Assembly: GCF_031769215.1 (NCBI RefSeq)
Contig: NW_026782092.1
Span: 248,001-312,000, forward strand
From: Ylistrum balloti
Lineage: Eukaryota
Reading direction: 5' to 3'
DNA: 64,000 bases
Shown: one piece after another, positions 62,157 through 64,000 of the stretch
How positions within the stretch are numbered: position 1 is the stretch's first letter
Layout of the letters: each line of letters starts with the position of its first letter
The notes under the pieces: model-generated
What the model was told of the DNA's origin: nothing
Seen by the model: the letters and a program-made list of their open reading frames with translations, nothing else
Database searches by the model: none
Made by a program: the position numbers and the translations under genes

Positions 62157-62306
62157 TTTGTGGAAGCCATGTATTTCGTGATGTCATGAATACGAGCCGT
62201 GACTGTGCCAACACGTTGTCTTTCATTTATGTCCACATGGATTTGCCAGGGTCCGTCAGCCTCTGCAATAGCGCCTGTAATCTTTAATCCATTCCGTACT
62301 TTAGCT
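62157..62306 (-). CDS. TMEM132: TMEM132-family protein, internal exon equivalent to vertebrate exon 3 (150 nt, phase 2 in, phase 2 out)
   Basis: Acceptor ttttaatccacag|A and donor AA|gtaagt. Manual translation gives (R)AKVRNGLKITGAIAEADGPWQIHVDINERQRVGTVTARIHDITKYMAST(K), resembling vertebrate R|AKVKKGV...W. It joins exon 29247 in frame. Not in the ORF track. Confidence 0.9.
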
Positions 62307-64000
62307 CTGTGGATTAAAAGCAAAGTCAAGTGGAATTTACAGATTAATTCTATTCAGGATTTTCAATTACAGCAAAGAAATTGGATCAATTTATTTGGAA
62401 ATGTTATAGAGTAACAGCTGTACATGAAAGATGATAATTTGAGGATATTGGACATATTGTGTAACATCCTATCAACAGCTATGCTCGTTTAAGGGCCCAA
62501 AGTATGCGAAGTAAAGTGCATGTTTCTTGTTCTCATGCATGTGTATTTGGGAGACTGCATATGTTGTGTCAGCCTGCTTTCAATGGTGCAGAACTGAAGC
62601 CAACTTGATAGTGTTATCACACTGAAGCATACAGGCAATGTATGCTGAATGTTGAACTACCAATTTTGAAGACTTTGTATGTCTCAGCCAGGGGACAGAA
62701 CCTTCCTCACTGAAATGAGCACTTTGTTGAAGGCCAAAATTGAGGCAGTGTCAATGAAAACATTATGAAAAAAAGTAATTTATAAAGAAGATTCCAAACT
62801 AAGATGCCTGTGTCAATTATGCAATGAAAGCAACAGGAATCGGTACTATTCTAATGGTCTACCTGTCAACATATTAACTTTGGGGTGTACATAAACATGT
62901 GTACCTTTAAACATATATCAAACTTTGAATTTTCAGTTGATGTGTGTTCTTTGTAGAAATTCATATCCATGTATATATATTACGATCACGGCATTTATAT
63001 CGTGAAATGAAATAATTCACCATTAAGATAAAGTTGAGAATTTCTAGCTGTGTATCAGTGCAAGGAAGGTCCTTATAGTGTATATTGTAAGGCAGAATTT
63101 CTTTGCTAATCAATTTGGTATCATTGATCTAGAGTTTGAGGTTGTCGAAGGTGGTCCACACAGGGCACAACACAGTCAGTTGTGTTACAATGTCCAAATT
63201 ACATTGATCTCTCATTCTTTAATGGATCAAATACATGTAAAACATGATTGATATTTATAACATATGTATACCTGTATTGTCCCAGCATTATATCAACCAT
63301 TTTATACCTTACCAAATGTTTGTGTCTGGAAACGTATATAGTACACGTAACCACTATTACAATAATTAAAGGACAACATCATTTAGCATATTTTGTACGA
63401 ATTTACAGGCATTACCATTACTTTTCCTAATCAATTTAAAGCTTAATGGCGTGCATCCATGCATGCTGATACACGACTGCTTCATGATGTACACATAATT
63501 ACATTTACATAATTTCCTAGGTAAACGTAAACAAGTTCAAAGCTGTAGTACATGAATTACTAAAGCAAACATGTAACATCAGAGAAATAGCTTATAGTTT
63601 ACATGTATCATTTACACATTACTTTCCTATTGTAACACCAGTACTGTATCTCACCCAAAGAAATATCAGGTGAAGAGAAATGATTGGTGGACCATCTTTA
63701 AATATTCAGACACATTTAGACATTTTCTATTCAAATTTCTTTATAATTCTACCATTTTTACTCCTATAGGATGAAGTTCTCATCATTTCATTTTGATTAA
63801 CAGCTGAGAATTTCCCACCAATTAAGTACATAAAGAGCCTCCAACTCTTTCATAATCATAACGTATAATAAATCAGCACTTATTATCATACCATTAATCT
63901 GTGAATGCATTTTCTACATTTGTTTAAATGATCGTCTTAATAACAATAAATCTATGTACATATGACCGAGACAAAGTTTCAGGTTTGGTCAAAATTAACA

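Noticed and set aside
4000-63430. The remaining 60-125 aa ORFs in the supplied track, including any nested plus-strand gene
   Set aside because: They have the F/I/L/K/Y-rich composition typical of random AT-rich intron translation. I found no recognisable domains and no consistent chain of plus-strand splice sites.

Overview
AT-rich eukaryotic DNA, most likely from an oyster-like bivalve, judged from its Helentron-associated elements with GAAGAAGATTTTT boxes and its tRNA-derived SINE family (the taxon is an inference). The whole window lies inside one minus-strand gene, a TMEM132-family membrane protein. Six coding exons join in frame through canonical GT-AG introns: 62306-62157, 29247-29055, 14630-14487, 3680-3457, 1349-1049 and 575-387 (1201 nt, 400 codons plus 1 nt). 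They match exons 3-8 of vertebrate TMEM132, and the first is missing from the supplied ORF track. The 5' exons and the last (transmembrane/cytoplasmic) exon lie outside the window. The introns (0.47, 2.1, 10.8, 14.4 and 32.9 kb) hold a 14-bp-TIR MITE with a 6-bp TSD, three copies of one SINE (two as an inverted pair), Helentron-associated elements, decayed LINE fragments, 43-bp and 49-bp minisatellites and a 600-bp polypurine array. I cannot support a wholly new biological system here. The best leads are a tandem repeat copied from an exon/donor junction that leaves intact decoy 5' splice sites, an RFX X-box cluster, a furin-like/poly-Gly loop, the inverted SINE pair, and a minisatellite that may have grown out of a LINE endonuclease relic. 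All alignments were done by eye.
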